Positions 37,060-47,311 of a DNA stretch of 64,000 nt are shown here, one piece after another (within the stretch, counting starts at the first letter, position 1; each line of letters opens with the position of its first letter). Origin of the DNA: a virus. Location of the stretch: positions 48,913 through 112,912 of IMG/VR virus record IMGVR_UViG_2868238732_000001; one strand, given 5' to 3'. Position numbers and translations under genes: made by a program. The notes under the pieces were generated by a model. The model did not search any database. It had not been told where the DNA came from and saw only the letters and a program-made list of their open reading frames with translations.

Positions 37060-37235
37060 CAACTAAACAATAATATTACGGAGGGTAAATTATGAAAAGT
37101 TTGTTATGGTTTATCTTCCACACATTCACAGATTGCAAAGAGTCCAATCTTCTTGAATTAAATCACGGTTCAAGATGCAAATGTAAAAAGTGTGGAAGAA
37201 TACATTTCAGATACTCTTAGATAAAGGAATTGACT

Positions 37236-37490
37236 TTATTGTTGAAGGTGGTCACATCTACAGCCTAAAAGGGTGCAAGGACAGGTACTAAGGATAACAG
37301 CTAAATGAAGTAGTATTCTAACACTAGGATTTCTTTTACCATTTTCGATATCGCATATATGGGTCTTTGAGACTCCAATCTTATCTGCCAGCTCTTGCTG
37401 AGTTAAATTTGCTATTAACCTACACTCAAGATATTTCATACAAACCACCCTTTTATTTGCATTATAACTCATATTTCTACAAAAAAACAA
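37236..37490 (-). CDS. XRE-family HTH regulator (divergent)
   Basis: LTQQELADKIGVSKTHICDIENGKRNPSV. Confidence 0.88.
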   Translation of the reverse strand: MFFCRNMSYNANKRVVCMKYLECRLIANLTQQELADKIGVSKTHICDIENGKRNPSVRILLHLAVILSTCPCTLLGCRCDHLQQ

Positions 37491-37682
37491 ATGTAAATAT
37501 TGGTAACCAGTTTAATCGACAAAAGATACGCAAAGTTAGCTATAAGCGAACAGGATAACTTAAATTAAATTAAAAAATATACCAGTTATGACAAAATATT
37601 AACAAAGAATAATGTATAATCAAAAATGGAGTAAAACATTAAGTATTATAAACAAAATAAATAGACAATGGGGGAATTAATT

Positions 37683-37925
37683 ATGGAATTACGTATTTTA
37701 GACATTGAAGGGACTCATGAGAAAATAGTTTTAAATGGAGGAATAGATACTAGTGTAAAGAAAGCTTTAGGCAAACTAGAAGAAGTACTTGGACAAGTAG
37801 ACTTAGGCATTGAGACGACGATTCAAAAAATAGGTAACGCTTATACGACAACAGTGGACAATGCTAACTGGTATAAAGAAATCTATGGTTGGATCTTTAG
37901 TGAAATAACAATTGCTAATTTATAG
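37683..37925 (+). CDS. Hypothetical protein, paralog of 27725-27973
   Basis: LDIEGTHEKIVLN...YKEIYGWIFS. Confidence 0.8.
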   Translation: MELRILDIEGTHEKIVLNGGIDTSVKKALGKLEEVLGQVDLGIETTIQKIGNAYTTTVDNANWYKEIYGWIFSEITIANL

Positions 37926-38101
37926 TTGCTTGACAGCGAGCCATATCGCTAGGTGTATGGCAGTAGAAAAAAAAGAAATTAAAATATAAGGAGCTGGTTA
38001 TTTGTTTAAAGGGAGAGATTCACCGTTTAATTGAATCTAGAACAATTAAACAATAATGTTATAAAAGTTAAATTTTAAAAGGATTGAAGGAGGAATTATT
38101 A

Positions 38102-38359
38102 ATGGTTAAATCATTTTTGAAAACAACAGGTTACAATGCTCAGGTGGAATTAAAGAAGCTTCAAACAATCTCAGATAATGCAGTTAGTGTTTTCGGAGGA
38201 ATGGTAAAAGATTTAATTAGTGCCAATGAAAAGCTAGAGAGTCTAGCAGCTAACTCAGATGCGATAATTGATGAACATGCAGCAATGGCAGTAAGTGCTA
38301 GAGGTAAGATCAAAAGTAATGCAGATATAATAGAGAAAATTTCTAAGATAATGTCTTAG
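38102..38359 (+). CDS. Hypothetical coiled-coil protein
   Basis: GGAGG RBS followed by ATG at 38102. Confidence 0.75.
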   Translation: MVKSFLKTTGYNAQVELKKLQTISDNAVSVFGGMVKDLISANEKLESLAANSDAIIDEHAAMAVSARGKIKSNADIIEKISKIMS

Positions 38360-38393
38360 TTAAATATTAAGGGCAGAAAGGAGAATATTTACT

Positions 38394-39716
38394 ATCGGAG
38401 TCTACTCAGTAAGAAAAACACAAGAAGAATTTTGCAAGGAAGTCGAAGAGAAATTCAATGGGAAGTTTACTGTACTTGGCCAGTATGAAAAAACTAATGT
38501 AAAGCTGCTTATTAGAGCAAATGACTGTGGCCATGAATTCGAGATGAGACCAGGTCATCTACTATCCGGACAAGGCTGTCCACTATGTAGAAAGAACAAA
38601 AAGAAAACTCATGACGAATTTGTCCTTGAAGTAGAAGAAAAATTTGGAAGTAAGATAACTGTCTTAGGTAAATATAAAACAAGTTCAGATAAAATTAGAA
38701 TACATTGTAATGCCTGTGATAGAGATTGGAGTCCAGAAGCTAATGAAGTTGTCAGCAAACGGGAATTTCATATTTGCGAAGACAGAGGAGGTAAAAACAG
38801 AAAAACGACTGATGAATTTAAACAAGAAGTATATGAGCTAGTAGGAGAGGAATATCTTGTGATGAGCGAGTATACCGGTGTAAATAAAAAGATTTTAATA
38901 AAACATAATACTATTAATTGTAAGCATGAATTCAAAACAACGCCAGGTAGCTTTTTAAATAAAGAATCAAGATGCCCAAAATGTTTTGGTTACACTTGTA
39001 GTAGAACAACGGATGATTTAAAAAAAGAGATATTTGATATTGTGGGAAATGAATATGAAGTTTTAGGAGAATATACGAAAGCAGATAATCCTATCTTAAT
39101 GAAGCATAGTCTTTGTGGAAACGAATATTCAGTAAGAACGATATCATTCCTGAGAGGCGACAGATGTCCTAAATGCCAGCACAGGAGCTATGCAAAGACG
39201 ACAGAAGAGTTCAAAGAGGAAGTTTTTAAATTAGCAGGAAATGAATATAAGGTATTAGGAGAATACGTAAGAAATTCTGAGAAAATTAAGTTAAGACATA
39301 ATTCTCCTAAATGCAAAAGTCCCGATTTTCTTATGACACCATCAAGTTTTATAGCTGGGCAGCGATGTCCAAAGTGTAAAGCTTCAAAAGGAGAAAAGAG
39401 AGTTAGAGAATTTCTTAAGGAGAGGCACTTTATTTTCAAAGAACAATATAGGATTAAAGATTGTAAAAATATTAGACCTTTACCATTTGATTTCGCAGTA
39501 TTTGATAAAGATGAAAGTATTAATTGTCTAATTGAATATCAGGGGAAGCAGCATTACAAAGGCTGGGATAGTGGAAGAGAGAGTTTAGAAAATATTCAGT
39601 TTAGAGACAATATTAAAGCGAAGTATTGTGAGGACAATCATATAAAATTATTATTAATACCTTATTGGGAATTTGAAAATGTAGACAAAATATTAAATGC
39701 TATACTTAACAACTAA
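38394..39716 (+). CDS. Zinc-ribbon repeat protein with C-terminal DUF2726/Vsr-like nuclease domain (homing-endonuclease-like)
   Basis: About 5 repeats of KT.EEF..EV......Y.VLGEY......I.H..C..EF......L.G..CP.C, then SKGE..V...L...F..QY....C.....LPFDF......IEYQG.QHY. The frame is open from 38364, so an extra repeat lies upstream of the ORF-track ATG. Confidence 0.8.
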   Translation: MGVYSVRKTQEEFCKEVEEKFNGKFTVLGQYEKTNVKLLIRANDCGHEFEMRPGHLLSGQGCPLCRKNKKKTHDEFVLEVEEKFGSKITVLGKYKTSSDKIRIHCNACDRDWSPEANEVVSKREFHICEDRGGKNRKTTDEFKQEVYELVGEEYLVMSEYTGVNKKILIKHNTINCKHEFKTTPGSFLNKESRCPKCFGYTCSRTTDDLKKEIFDIVGNEYEVLGEYTKADNPILMKHSLCGNEYSVRTISFLRGDRCPKCQHRSYAKTTEEFKEEVFKLAGNEYKVLGEYVRNSEKIKLRHNSPKCKSPDFLMTPSSFIAGQRCPKCKASKGEKRVREFLKERHFIFKEQYRIKDCKNIRPLPFDFAVFDKDESINCLIEYQGKQHYKGWDSGRESLENIQFRDNIKAKYCEDNHIKLLLIPYWEFENVDKILNAILNN

Positions 39717-39783
39717 ACAATACTATTGCCATGACAAAGGGCTTTGTACTTTGTACATATAAATGAAAGAAGGAATATTAAAA

Positions 39784-40764
39784 ATGGCAAATACAACTTA
39801 TACAGGAAATCTTACACAAAGCAAAGGATCAGAAAAATTCAGGGGAATTGTATGCGGCAAGGACGTCGCTAAGAAGGGTTTTGGATATGTAGATTCACCT
39901 GCAAAGGCTGCAAAAGACGGTAATCCTGCAAAGAACCCCTACAGATCACTAAAGTTCTTCTTATCTACAAGTAATGATAACAAACCAGTTATTGAGATTA
40001 TAGGAAGTCCAAAAGAGTTTGCTTATGCTTATAGCAAGAAAGAAAAAAAATCTATGAAGATAGAATGGGCAAAGAGGAATAATAAGCTTCCTGGGGATTA
40101 TGAGTTAATGATTCCTGAATATGATTTAGCAGAGAAGTTAAACAAAGAGCTTAAGGATGGTTCAGAAGTTGTTATTGTAGGAGAACCTAAATTCTCTGTT
40201 TATGATAATCCAAAGTCTGGAGTTTCAGAAGAACAAATCTCAAATACTATTAAATATGTATATCCAGTAACTGAACCAATAAATTTTAATGCAGAGGACT
40301 TTAAAGAAGAAAGTACTTTTGCACAAGATATTGTGGTTAGAGACTTCTCTGAGGACACTAAAATAGGTAAAGGATATTTATTCTGTTACATCGTAGGATA
40401 TGCAGGCAAATTCAACACAGCTACTTTTGAAATAAATATAACAACTATGGATCAAAGCTTCTACAGAAACCTTAAATCGTTGAAGTTCGGAGACTCTATA
40501 AGAGTTAATGGAATAGTCCATAATAGACAATTAAAGAAAGAAGTTAGTACAGGCTGGGGTACAAGTGAAGATGTAAATGATGGTTTTAAAAAGTGCTTTG
40601 AAATCACTGGTGCAGATGGTTCTTCTTTAATCAAGAAAAGATATAAAGAAATTGATTTCGTAGAATCTCAAGTGGATGCTACATTCGCAGGAAAAATAAA
40701 CGTTCCAGCAGATAAGCCCGAAGATAAAGTTGAAGAAGGAGTATTACCTTTCCCATTAGGCTAA
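39784..40764 (+). CDS. Single-stranded DNA-binding-like protein
   Basis: Beta-rich repeats such as LKFGDSIRVNG, acidic/hydrophobic tail EEGVLPFPLG, and a position before an AAA recombinase. Confidence 0.55.
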   Translation: MANTTYTGNLTQSKGSEKFRGIVCGKDVAKKGFGYVDSPAKAAKDGNPAKNPYRSLKFFLSTSNDNKPVIEIIGSPKEFAYAYSKKEKKSMKIEWAKRNNKLPGDYELMIPEYDLAEKLNKELKDGSEVVIVGEPKFSVYDNPKSGVSEEQISNTIKYVYPVTEPINFNAEDFKEESTFAQDIVVRDFSEDTKIGKGYLFCYIVGYAGKFNTATFEINITTMDQSFYRNLKSLKFGDSIRVNGIVHNRQLKKEVSTGWGTSEDVNDGFKKCFEITGADGSSLIKKRYKEIDFVESQVDATFAGKINVPADKPEDKVEEGVLPFPLG

Positions 40765-40835
40765 AATACGAGGGCTTTAATTAGTCCTTGACAATTAAAC
40801 AATAATGTTATAAAAATCGAGGAGGAATATTAAAA

Positions 40836-42077
40836 ATGGCTATAAAGAAAAATGTAATATTAAGAAACCTATCAGATTACGTTCATTACGTTAGAGGGGT
40901 AAAAAAAGTTGGTAAGACTACACTGTTCAGAGATTTGGTACTACAGGAGTATGGAGATGAATCTAAAGGTCTACTGTGTTCATTCGGAGACGAAGATGGA
41001 TTTAAGTCACTAGATAGACTTCAATATGAAGAGTTCACTTACTGGGATATCACAGAAGCAGATTATGTACAAAAGATAATGGATCAATTTGTAGAAAAGT
41101 TAGAGGAAACTCAAATGGATAGCATGACTACTGATGAAATTTATGTGAAGGCAGAAAAACAAACAAATCAATTCATAGAAAAATTCGGAAAACAAAGAGG
41201 ATTTGTACAATTGGTTGATGATCTAGTATTGAATAATGACGAAATTGGGATTGAATTTATAGCTTATGATACAATCGACAAAATGATAGAAGTAGCAACA
41301 GTAGAAGTAATTAGATTGAGCATGATGGAAACAGGAAAGCCATGTAAGTCAATTAATGCAGCGTGGGGTGGCTACGGCGAAGGGAAAAAGAGACTTGCTA
41401 AACTTATACAAGACCAAACAACAAGACTTAAACAAATAGGGTTATGCCCAATGGTATTAGGCCATACAAAATACAAAGATAAAACTGATGAAATGTCAGG
41501 AGCTGAATATTCTCAATTAACAACTTCTTTAAATTCAGATCTTGATGCCATATTTGGAGACACCGCTCAGGTTGTGTGTACCATTTCAATAGATAAAATA
41601 ATAGTAGAAGGTAAAATCACTGGAACTCAAAGAATGTTACATTTTAGAGATGACGGAATCGTTGATTGTGGTTCAAGATTTACAGGTATGCCGGACAGTA
41701 TGGAATTAAGTTCAGCGAATTATATTGAGGCCTTTGATATAGGCGTAAAAAATTCATACTTGACTGCTCCACCAGTGACTCAACCAAAAGTAGAAGCTAA
41801 GACAGAGACAAAAGCTTCAAAAGTCAAAGCTGAAGTAAAAGAAGACGCTCCAGTCGATAATTCATCATGGGGAAGTACAGAAGCAGCTGAGCCTACTGAA
41901 CCGGAATACGATTTAAAGACATTGATAAAGATGATATTGTCTACAATTAAACAAAAACAAGCACAAAAAGTTGCAGTTGTAGATATTATGAAAGTATTAA
42001 CTAATAATGGAGTTACAGATCCTAACAAAATAACAGATGTTGAAGTAGCAAAGAAAATATTGCAAGAATATAAATAA
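40836..42077 (+). CDS. AAA (AAA_24/Sak4-like) ATPase, SPbeta YorG-like
   Basis: Walker A GVKKVGKTT, Walker B IAYDTID, WGGYGEG, VLGH. Confidence 0.75.
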   Translation: MAIKKNVILRNLSDYVHYVRGVKKVGKTTLFRDLVLQEYGDESKGLLCSFGDEDGFKSLDRLQYEEFTYWDITEADYVQKIMDQFVEKLEETQMDSMTTDEIYVKAEKQTNQFIEKFGKQRGFVQLVDDLVLNNDEIGIEFIAYDTIDKMIEVATVEVIRLSMMETGKPCKSINAAWGGYGEGKKRLAKLIQDQTTRLKQIGLCPMVLGHTKYKDKTDEMSGAEYSQLTTSLNSDLDAIFGDTAQVVCTISIDKIIVEGKITGTQRMLHFRDDGIVDCGSRFTGMPDSMELSSANYIEAFDIGVKNSYLTAPPVTQPKVEAKTETKASKVKAEVKEDAPVDNSSWGSTEAAEPTEPEYDLKTLIKMILSTIKQKQAQKVAVVDIMKVLTNNGVTDPNKITDVEVAKKILQEYK

Positions 42078-42085
42078 TATAAAAT

Positions 42086-42115
42086 AAGTCCTCTAGTTAA
42101 ATCTGGAGGACTTTT
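42086..42115 (+). terminator. Intrinsic terminator
   Basis: AAGTCCTCTAG...CTGGAGGACTTTT. Confidence 0.75.
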
Positions 42116-42135
42116 CTCAAAAGGAGATGTAAATT

Positions 42136-42765
42136 ATGAATAGGAATAAGGAGATGATGGTTAAATTATGCCTCCTCTGTGGGATATGGAGTGCTGTAAT
42201 AGGTATAAATTCTAATCTAAATAATAAAGATTTTAATGCAGATAAGTTAAGATATGAGGTCAAGGAAGTAAAGATAATCAAAATTGCTAACTTTGAGAAA
42301 TTCATGAAGATTGTGGATATTAGTAAGAAGAAAATTGAAGCAGATAAGATTGTTAAGGCTAAGAAGTTAATTGAGGATAATAAAATCAAAATGATAAAGG
42401 CCAAGAAGTTAAAAGAAAATAAGGTTACTGCCAGTAGAGGTGGAGAAGTAGAATACAATATGGTTTTTACATTAACATTCTACACAAATCTAACAAGTGA
42501 GAATAGTAGTGCTGGAGGAATTAATTGTCGTGGAATTAAGCTTTATGACGGAATGGTAGCAAATAATAAATTGCCTTATGGAACTAAGATTAAGCTTGAA
42601 GGATGGGGTACTGTAGAGGTCTTAGATGTGGGTGGCAGTAACTTTGACGTATCTCATAGGCTAGATGTTTATGTGCCTAGAGAGGGTGGAGAGAGCGACA
42701 ATGAATACTTCAAAAGAGTTCAGAGAATGGGTAAGGTTAAGGTTCAAGGAAAGATTGTAAAGTGA
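42136..42765 (+). CDS. Secreted 3D-domain cell-wall-binding/lytic protein
   Basis: Signal-like N-terminus; ASRGG; TFY...; LPYGTKIKLEGWG...VLDVGG......RLDVY. Confidence 0.85.
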   Translation: MNRNKEMMVKLCLLCGIWSAVIGINSNLNNKDFNADKLRYEVKEVKIIKIANFEKFMKIVDISKKKIEADKIVKAKKLIEDNKIKMIKAKKLKENKVTASRGGEVEYNMVFTLTFYTNLTSENSSAGGINCRGIKLYDGMVANNKLPYGTKIKLEGWGTVEVLDVGGSNFDVSHRLDVYVPREGGESDNEYFKRVQRMGKVKVQGKIVK

Positions 42766-42770
42766 AAAAA

Positions 42771-42792
42771 ACAGGAGGGAATCTCTCCTGTT
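42771..42792. terminator. Terminator between convergent genes
   Basis: ACAGGAG...CTCCTGTT. Confidence 0.7.
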
Positions 42793-43072
42793 AAATATTA
42801 TCCATATTGAGAACTTTTAGAGCAGAAGCTTTGAGTTTATTATCATCTATAATCTCATTTGGCTTATCTAAAATAAGAACACCCCTTGTTTGAAGATACT
42901 CTTCAATAATTGCAAACATAACTTCCTTATCTATTTTAGAAGAATCATCATTAATGTCTTCTCTAATAAGATCCACTAGATATTTAGTCTTATTGGGTTG
43001 CTTATTCAAATATTCCCAGACATCAGGATATTGTTTAAAATCAAATGTTTCTCTTGTGGTGTTATTTCCCAT
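42791..43072 (-). CDS. ParR-like centromere-binding adaptor
   Basis: Small RHH-like ORF (TFDFKQYPDVWEYLNKQPNKTKYLVDLIRED) overlapping the 3' end of ParM. Confidence 0.75.
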   Translation of the reverse strand: MGNNTTRETFDFKQYPDVWEYLNKQPNKTKYLVDLIREDINDDSSKIDKEVMFAIIEEYLQTRGVLILDKPNEIIDDNKLKASALKVLNMDNI

Positions 43073-44033
43073 TTACATCGTCCCCATATATTAAATTACC
43101 AACAACGAGTAAGCCTTTAGAACCATCATTTATGCAGTCATCAGAAATAGCAATCTGAGGGAATGTGGATTTTAATTGAGAAGAATAATCCAAACTGCTT
43201 CCTCCGGTTGCAAACAAATCAAGTGACTCAACATTCCAATTGTTTGACCTCATAGCCTTTTTAATCTTGTTCATATGCTCGTTAATGGTTGATTTAATTA
43301 TATCACAGGAAGTAGTCATGAGAACACCATTAACTTTTATACCATTTTTAATAATACTAGGGAGTTCATAATCTTTGATATTTAGATTAAACTTTGTATC
43401 CAATTTCTTTTTAATCTCATTCTCAAGGATTATACTTCCTAAGTTTTCAGTAAACCCAGTTCCAGGAACGATGTTCATGTCAGACAAAACACAGCAATTA
43501 ATTGTAAGTCCTCCGAAGTCTAATATTCCCCTCATTTGATTTTGGAACAACTTAGGTTGATTGTAAGCATGAGAAACACCTTGAGGAAATGTTATAGATT
43601 TGACTATATTAAACTTCTTAGGCTCTTCATTAAGCTTCGTCTCGAATACTCCAGTACCCTTTAAGTATGAAGCAAAATGATCTTTATTCTGGTTATAAAT
43701 AGAAAGAGGATAGGAGCCTACAAGATAAAAGTCTGTACCTACAAAGTCAGAGAGGATAGATAGCCCTGCGTAAGTGATTATCTTATACATTTCATCCGCG
43801 GTCTTATCATAATCTATACTGGAAAGTTCTGCACCGGCGCCTACAATATAATCAGTATTATTGTAGTGCAATAAATAAGTATTATCTTTGTTCAAAATAT
43901 CATTAGATTTTTCATACTTGCTACGTAAATATATAGACTTATCTTTTGTAGATATTTTAGTTCCGTAGTACCCATTATCTACACCTACTATTACTTTTGG
44001 TTTGTTAGCTTTAAATATTTCTTTGATTTGCAT
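43062..44033 (-). CDS. parM: ParM/StbA actin-like plasmid segregation ATPase
   Basis: VGVDNGYYGTK (phosphate 1), PQG, GILDFGGLT (phosphate 2), FATGGSS (adenosine). ATG at 44033 after a GGGGGGTG RBS. Confidence 0.88.
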   Translation of the reverse strand: MQIKEIFKANKPKVIVGVDNGYYGTKISTKDKSIYLRSKYEKSNDILNKDNTYLLHYNNTDYIVGAGAELSSIDYDKTADEMYKIITYAGLSILSDFVGTDFYLVGSYPLSIYNQNKDHFASYLKGTGVFETKLNEEPKKFNIVKSITFPQGVSHAYNQPKLFQNQMRGILDFGGLTINCCVLSDMNIVPGTGFTENLGSIILENEIKKKLDTKFNLNIKDYELPSIIKNGIKVNGVLMTTSCDIIKSTINEHMNKIKKAMRSNNWNVESLDLFATGGSSLDYSSQLKSTFPQIAISDDCINDGSKGLLVVGNLIYGDDVNGK

Positions 44034-44054
44034 TAATACAACCCCCCCTATATT

Positions 44055-44200
44055 TTTCATATTGATATGAATTTTTTTGAAATGAAATTATGTGCTCAGT
44101 ATGAAAGGATATGAAAATTTTCATATTGTAATTTGATTTTAGCATAATATTTGGGAGAAGTAAATATATTTAATATGAAATAGTATGAAAAAATATGAAA
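44055..44200. repeat. parC-like centromere: TATGAAA repeats
   Basis: TATGAAA at 44100, 44110, 44174, 44184 and 44194 (10-bp phasing), with inverted TTTCATA at 44055 and 44119, directly upstream of parM. Confidence 0.75.
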
Positions 44201-44329
44201 TTGAAAATCAATAGAATTAATTAAATAAAAAATCATTCTTTGAAAACTGAATAACAGTATATTAACAATGTTATTTCTGATATGGTATAATGTCCTAGAT
44301 TAATAATAAGTTTTTTAAAGGAGAAAATT

Positions 44330-45097
44330 ATGCCAAAGGCGGATCAGAAGGTAGCAATACGTGGTGATAAAATAGAAATAATTAGGTCTAGTTATAAAAA
44401 AATTGCATTCGCGACATATGATAAAGAGCTATTTGACAAGATATCATCTGTTACATGGACTTTAACTAAAGATAGTGGCGGAAAAGAGTATATTGTTTCA
44501 AAAAAGTATGGGTCACTACATCGATTGGTTGTTGCTCATTTTTATGGAGAAGATTATGTTACGGAAGCGTACAAGCAAGGTTATGTTATTGACCACATGG
44601 ACAATAATGGTTATGAATGTACGTATGAAAATTTAGTAACAATACCAAGAAAAGAAAATGTAGCAAAGGGACAAACATATGATATAGAAAGAAAAGAATC
44701 AATTAGAAAATTTGCTATTAACATAACACGTGACTTTAATACAAAAGAATTTCAAATATCAGTTATATTTAATAAACATATTGATATTGTAGAAAATGAT
44801 ATAGTGACACCTTTAAGTGTAATATATTTCAAATATGGCACAGATTATAAAACAACATTCATTGACGCAAGAAGCATAATTAATGACTTAAATTCAGGGG
44901 GGAAACTTAACTTAGGTCACTTAAGATGTGATAAATATAGCTATAAAAAAGCCGAAATAGTGTTTGCAAGCAAGGAAGATATCGAATCAGGAATGTACAT
45001 AAAGGATGGTAAAATGTATATCATTCAAGGTTCTCCTAGCACAATAATGCTAAAGACTAATCATAATAAGGGATTACATGAAATTGAAGATATATAA
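44330..45097 (+). CDS. HNH-motif protein
   Basis: SLHRLVVAHFYG...VIDHMDNNGYECTYENL. Confidence 0.75.
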   Translation: MPKADQKVAIRGDKIEIIRSSYKKIAFATYDKELFDKISSVTWTLTKDSGGKEYIVSKKYGSLHRLVVAHFYGEDYVTEAYKQGYVIDHMDNNGYECTYENLVTIPRKENVAKGQTYDIERKESIRKFAINITRDFNTKEFQISVIFNKHIDIVENDIVTPLSVIYFKYGTDYKTTFIDARSIINDLNSGGKLNLGHLRCDKYSYKKAEIVFASKEDIESGMYIKDGKMYIIQGSPSTIMLKTNHNKGLHEIEDI

Positions 45098-45113
45098 GTA
45101 TAATTATTTTAGA

Positions 45114-45148
45114 TACCGTAATATTCGTCGGAATTTTACGGTGTTTTT
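45114..45148 (+). terminator. Intrinsic terminator
   Basis: ACCGTAA...TTACGGTGTTTTT. Confidence 0.7.
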
Positions 45149-45340
45149 ACTTTTCATTTAAAAAAAAGGGTATATTGGCTATATCCTAAAATGACTATTT
45201 TAAAAGTTTATAGATGGAGCAAACAGTAATTATATATTTAGAAGAAAATAGTTAATTTATGGTACAATAAAATTGGCAAACTATACTAAGTCAATTTAGA
45301 GTTACATATTAAATAATAAACTATAAAAGGAGGAAGTAAA

Positions 45341-46279
45341 ATGGCAAATTTTGAAGAAGGTAGGATATATGAGTTTATAGAAAATTTATACGAGGAATTA
45401 AGCAGAAAAGATGATGGATATCACCCTTCAACTCATGACGTAGAAGTATTTAAGAAAGCGTCAGTTGAGTTTAATAAGTCCGAAGAAGAACTCAAAGTAG
45501 TATATGATAGCTTTCAATCTATAGTTACTGGAAAAGTGACAGATAAAATAAATAAACTGCCTAAAGACAAAAGGGAAGAGAGAACAATGGAGTTATTAAA
45601 AAACATTATGAAAAATAATAGAGACTTACCTTATCATGAGCTTGAAGGCGCAGCAAGTGAGCCAATCAAGTCTGGTCTCGATACCATTAATGAAGAATAC
45701 AAAAGCATAGCGGGAGACATTGGTAAGAATGGTTGGACAATACCGATGAACATGGGATTAGGAGAGTTGGACAAACTAAGAGGTGTTGATAAAAATATCA
45801 AGGTATATGATGACTTATTCTTAGATTACTATAACACCCCAAAAATTAAATTAATTACAAAACATGTTAACGCTAGTTCTATTGGAAAAAATCAAAAAGA
45901 ATTGTTTAATAATGCGATAGATGCTTATGTGGAAGGAAAATACTTACTGTGTGTTACTGTACTAATTCCTGTTCTTGAAGGGGTTTTGTCAAGTTTTGGT
46001 GATGACAAAACAGATATTAGAATGATGAAAGTATGTAGGACAAACATGGATTTAACTGAGAAAGAGAATAAAATAATCACTCATTTAGTATGGATATCAT
46101 TTTTTAATTTTATAAGTTCACTGTACGAGAAATCTCATTTTGATAAAGATGAACCTACTATTTTAAATAGGCATTGGATCTTGCATGGAAGAACAAATAC
46201 AGAGTGGAAAGCAGAAGATTGCTTGAGATTATTCAATGCAGTTCATTCTTTAGTTACGATGATGGCCTTTGATAAATAG
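45341..46279 (+). CDS. Hypothetical moron protein with HEPN-like RxxxxH
   Basis: C-terminal LNRHWILHGR; it has its own promoter and RBS. Confidence 0.65.
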   Translation: MANFEEGRIYEFIENLYEELSRKDDGYHPSTHDVEVFKKASVEFNKSEEELKVVYDSFQSIVTGKVTDKINKLPKDKREERTMELLKNIMKNNRDLPYHELEGAASEPIKSGLDTINEEYKSIAGDIGKNGWTIPMNMGLGELDKLRGVDKNIKVYDDLFLDYYNTPKIKLITKHVNASSIGKNQKELFNNAIDAYVEGKYLLCVTVLIPVLEGVLSSFGDDKTDIRMMKVCRTNMDLTEKENKIITHLVWISFFNFISSLYEKSHFDKDEPTILNRHWILHGRTNTEWKAEDCLRLFNAVHSLVTMMAFDK

Positions 46280-46381
46280 GCTGCTTCTTTAATATTTTTA
46301 GTAAGTTTATTATAGTAATTTGGGAAGGCTTAGTGTAGATTTTAGATTACTATAATAAATTTTTTTATTTTAACATTTAAG

Positions 46382-46410
46382 TTGACAATAGAACAATACT
46401 GTTATAATAT
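46382..46410 (+). promoter_or_regulatory. sigmaA promoter with the recurrent motif
   Basis: TTGACA-ATAGAACAATACTGTTA-TAATAT. Confidence 0.75.
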
Positions 46411-46455
46411 ATAAATATGGTAATTAAATAATAATATTGAGGAGGAAATCAAATT

Positions 46456-46665
46456 ATGAGTAGTGACATTCGAGATATGGTTGAAGGGTACGAGTCAATT
46501 GGGAATGAACTAAATAATTTTCTTTATGAAGGCAGAGTAAAAAAAGGTATTAGAAAAGAGCATACAAAAGAAGAGTTAGAAATTATTTTGGAAAGCATTA
46601 GAAAAGAATGCTGGGAGAAATATAGTACGGGTGCATACTCCTTGGGATGGACTGATAAACATTAG
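46456..46665 (+). CDS. Hypothetical protein
   Basis: GAGGAGG RBS. Confidence 0.75.
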   Translation: MSSDIRDMVEGYESIGNELNNFLYEGRVKKGIRKEHTKEELEIILESIRKECWEKYSTGAYSLGWTDKH

Positions 46666-46729
46666 CTGTTTATAATATAAAAATCTATCATAGAAGAGGG
46701 CTTTTAAAAGGTAGAAAGGAGAAAGAAAT

Positions 46730-47311
46730 ATGAATAAAATAGTAAAAGTTATAAGGAGCTTAATATTAAGCTATGACAAGAAACATGGTTTAACAGAAGA
46801 TACTAAAGCAATCTATATATGCACCCATTTAGAGACCAGAAATAGGTATAAAAATGACAAGTATAAGATTCCATTTGATAAGCCACAATGTCCAACATTC
46901 AAAGATAATAGATGTTGTGGCGGATGTAGACTAGCTCCTGAATGTGATGACGTAGTAGATTGTAATTGTTTTGGTTTTTGCTATGCTGTTATGGGTGGAA
47001 CTGACAAGAAAAGTATGCTTAAGAAAAGCAGCGAATATTATGGAATCGGAAGGATAGGCAAAGATGGAAAGTTCGACTGGGATTACTATTACTTTAATAG
47101 ATTTAAATTAGAGTCAAAGACAAAGAAATTCATAGTTTTAAATATTGAAGGCAAGAAATATGCCGCAGAGATAAAATCAAGAGTTAAGAATGATGGGTCT
47201 TTCAAATGTTTTATAAAAGAGACTGGTTACTACAAAAATAGTAAATTTGAGGATTTGGATAAACGTCCCTCTTTATATGAGACATATGAAAGCGCAAATA
47301 GATGGATTTAG
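46730..47311 (+). CDS. Hypothetical Cys-cluster protein
   Basis: CP...CCGGC...C....CNCFGFC. Confidence 0.75.
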   Translation: MNKIVKVIRSLILSYDKKHGLTEDTKAIYICTHLETRNRYKNDKYKIPFDKPQCPTFKDNRCCGGCRLAPECDDVVDCNCFGFCYAVMGGTDKKSMLKKSSEYYGIGRIGKDGKFDWDYYYFNRFKLESKTKKFIVLNIEGKKYAAEIKSRVKNDGSFKCFIKETGYYKNSKFEDLDKRPSLYETYESANRWI

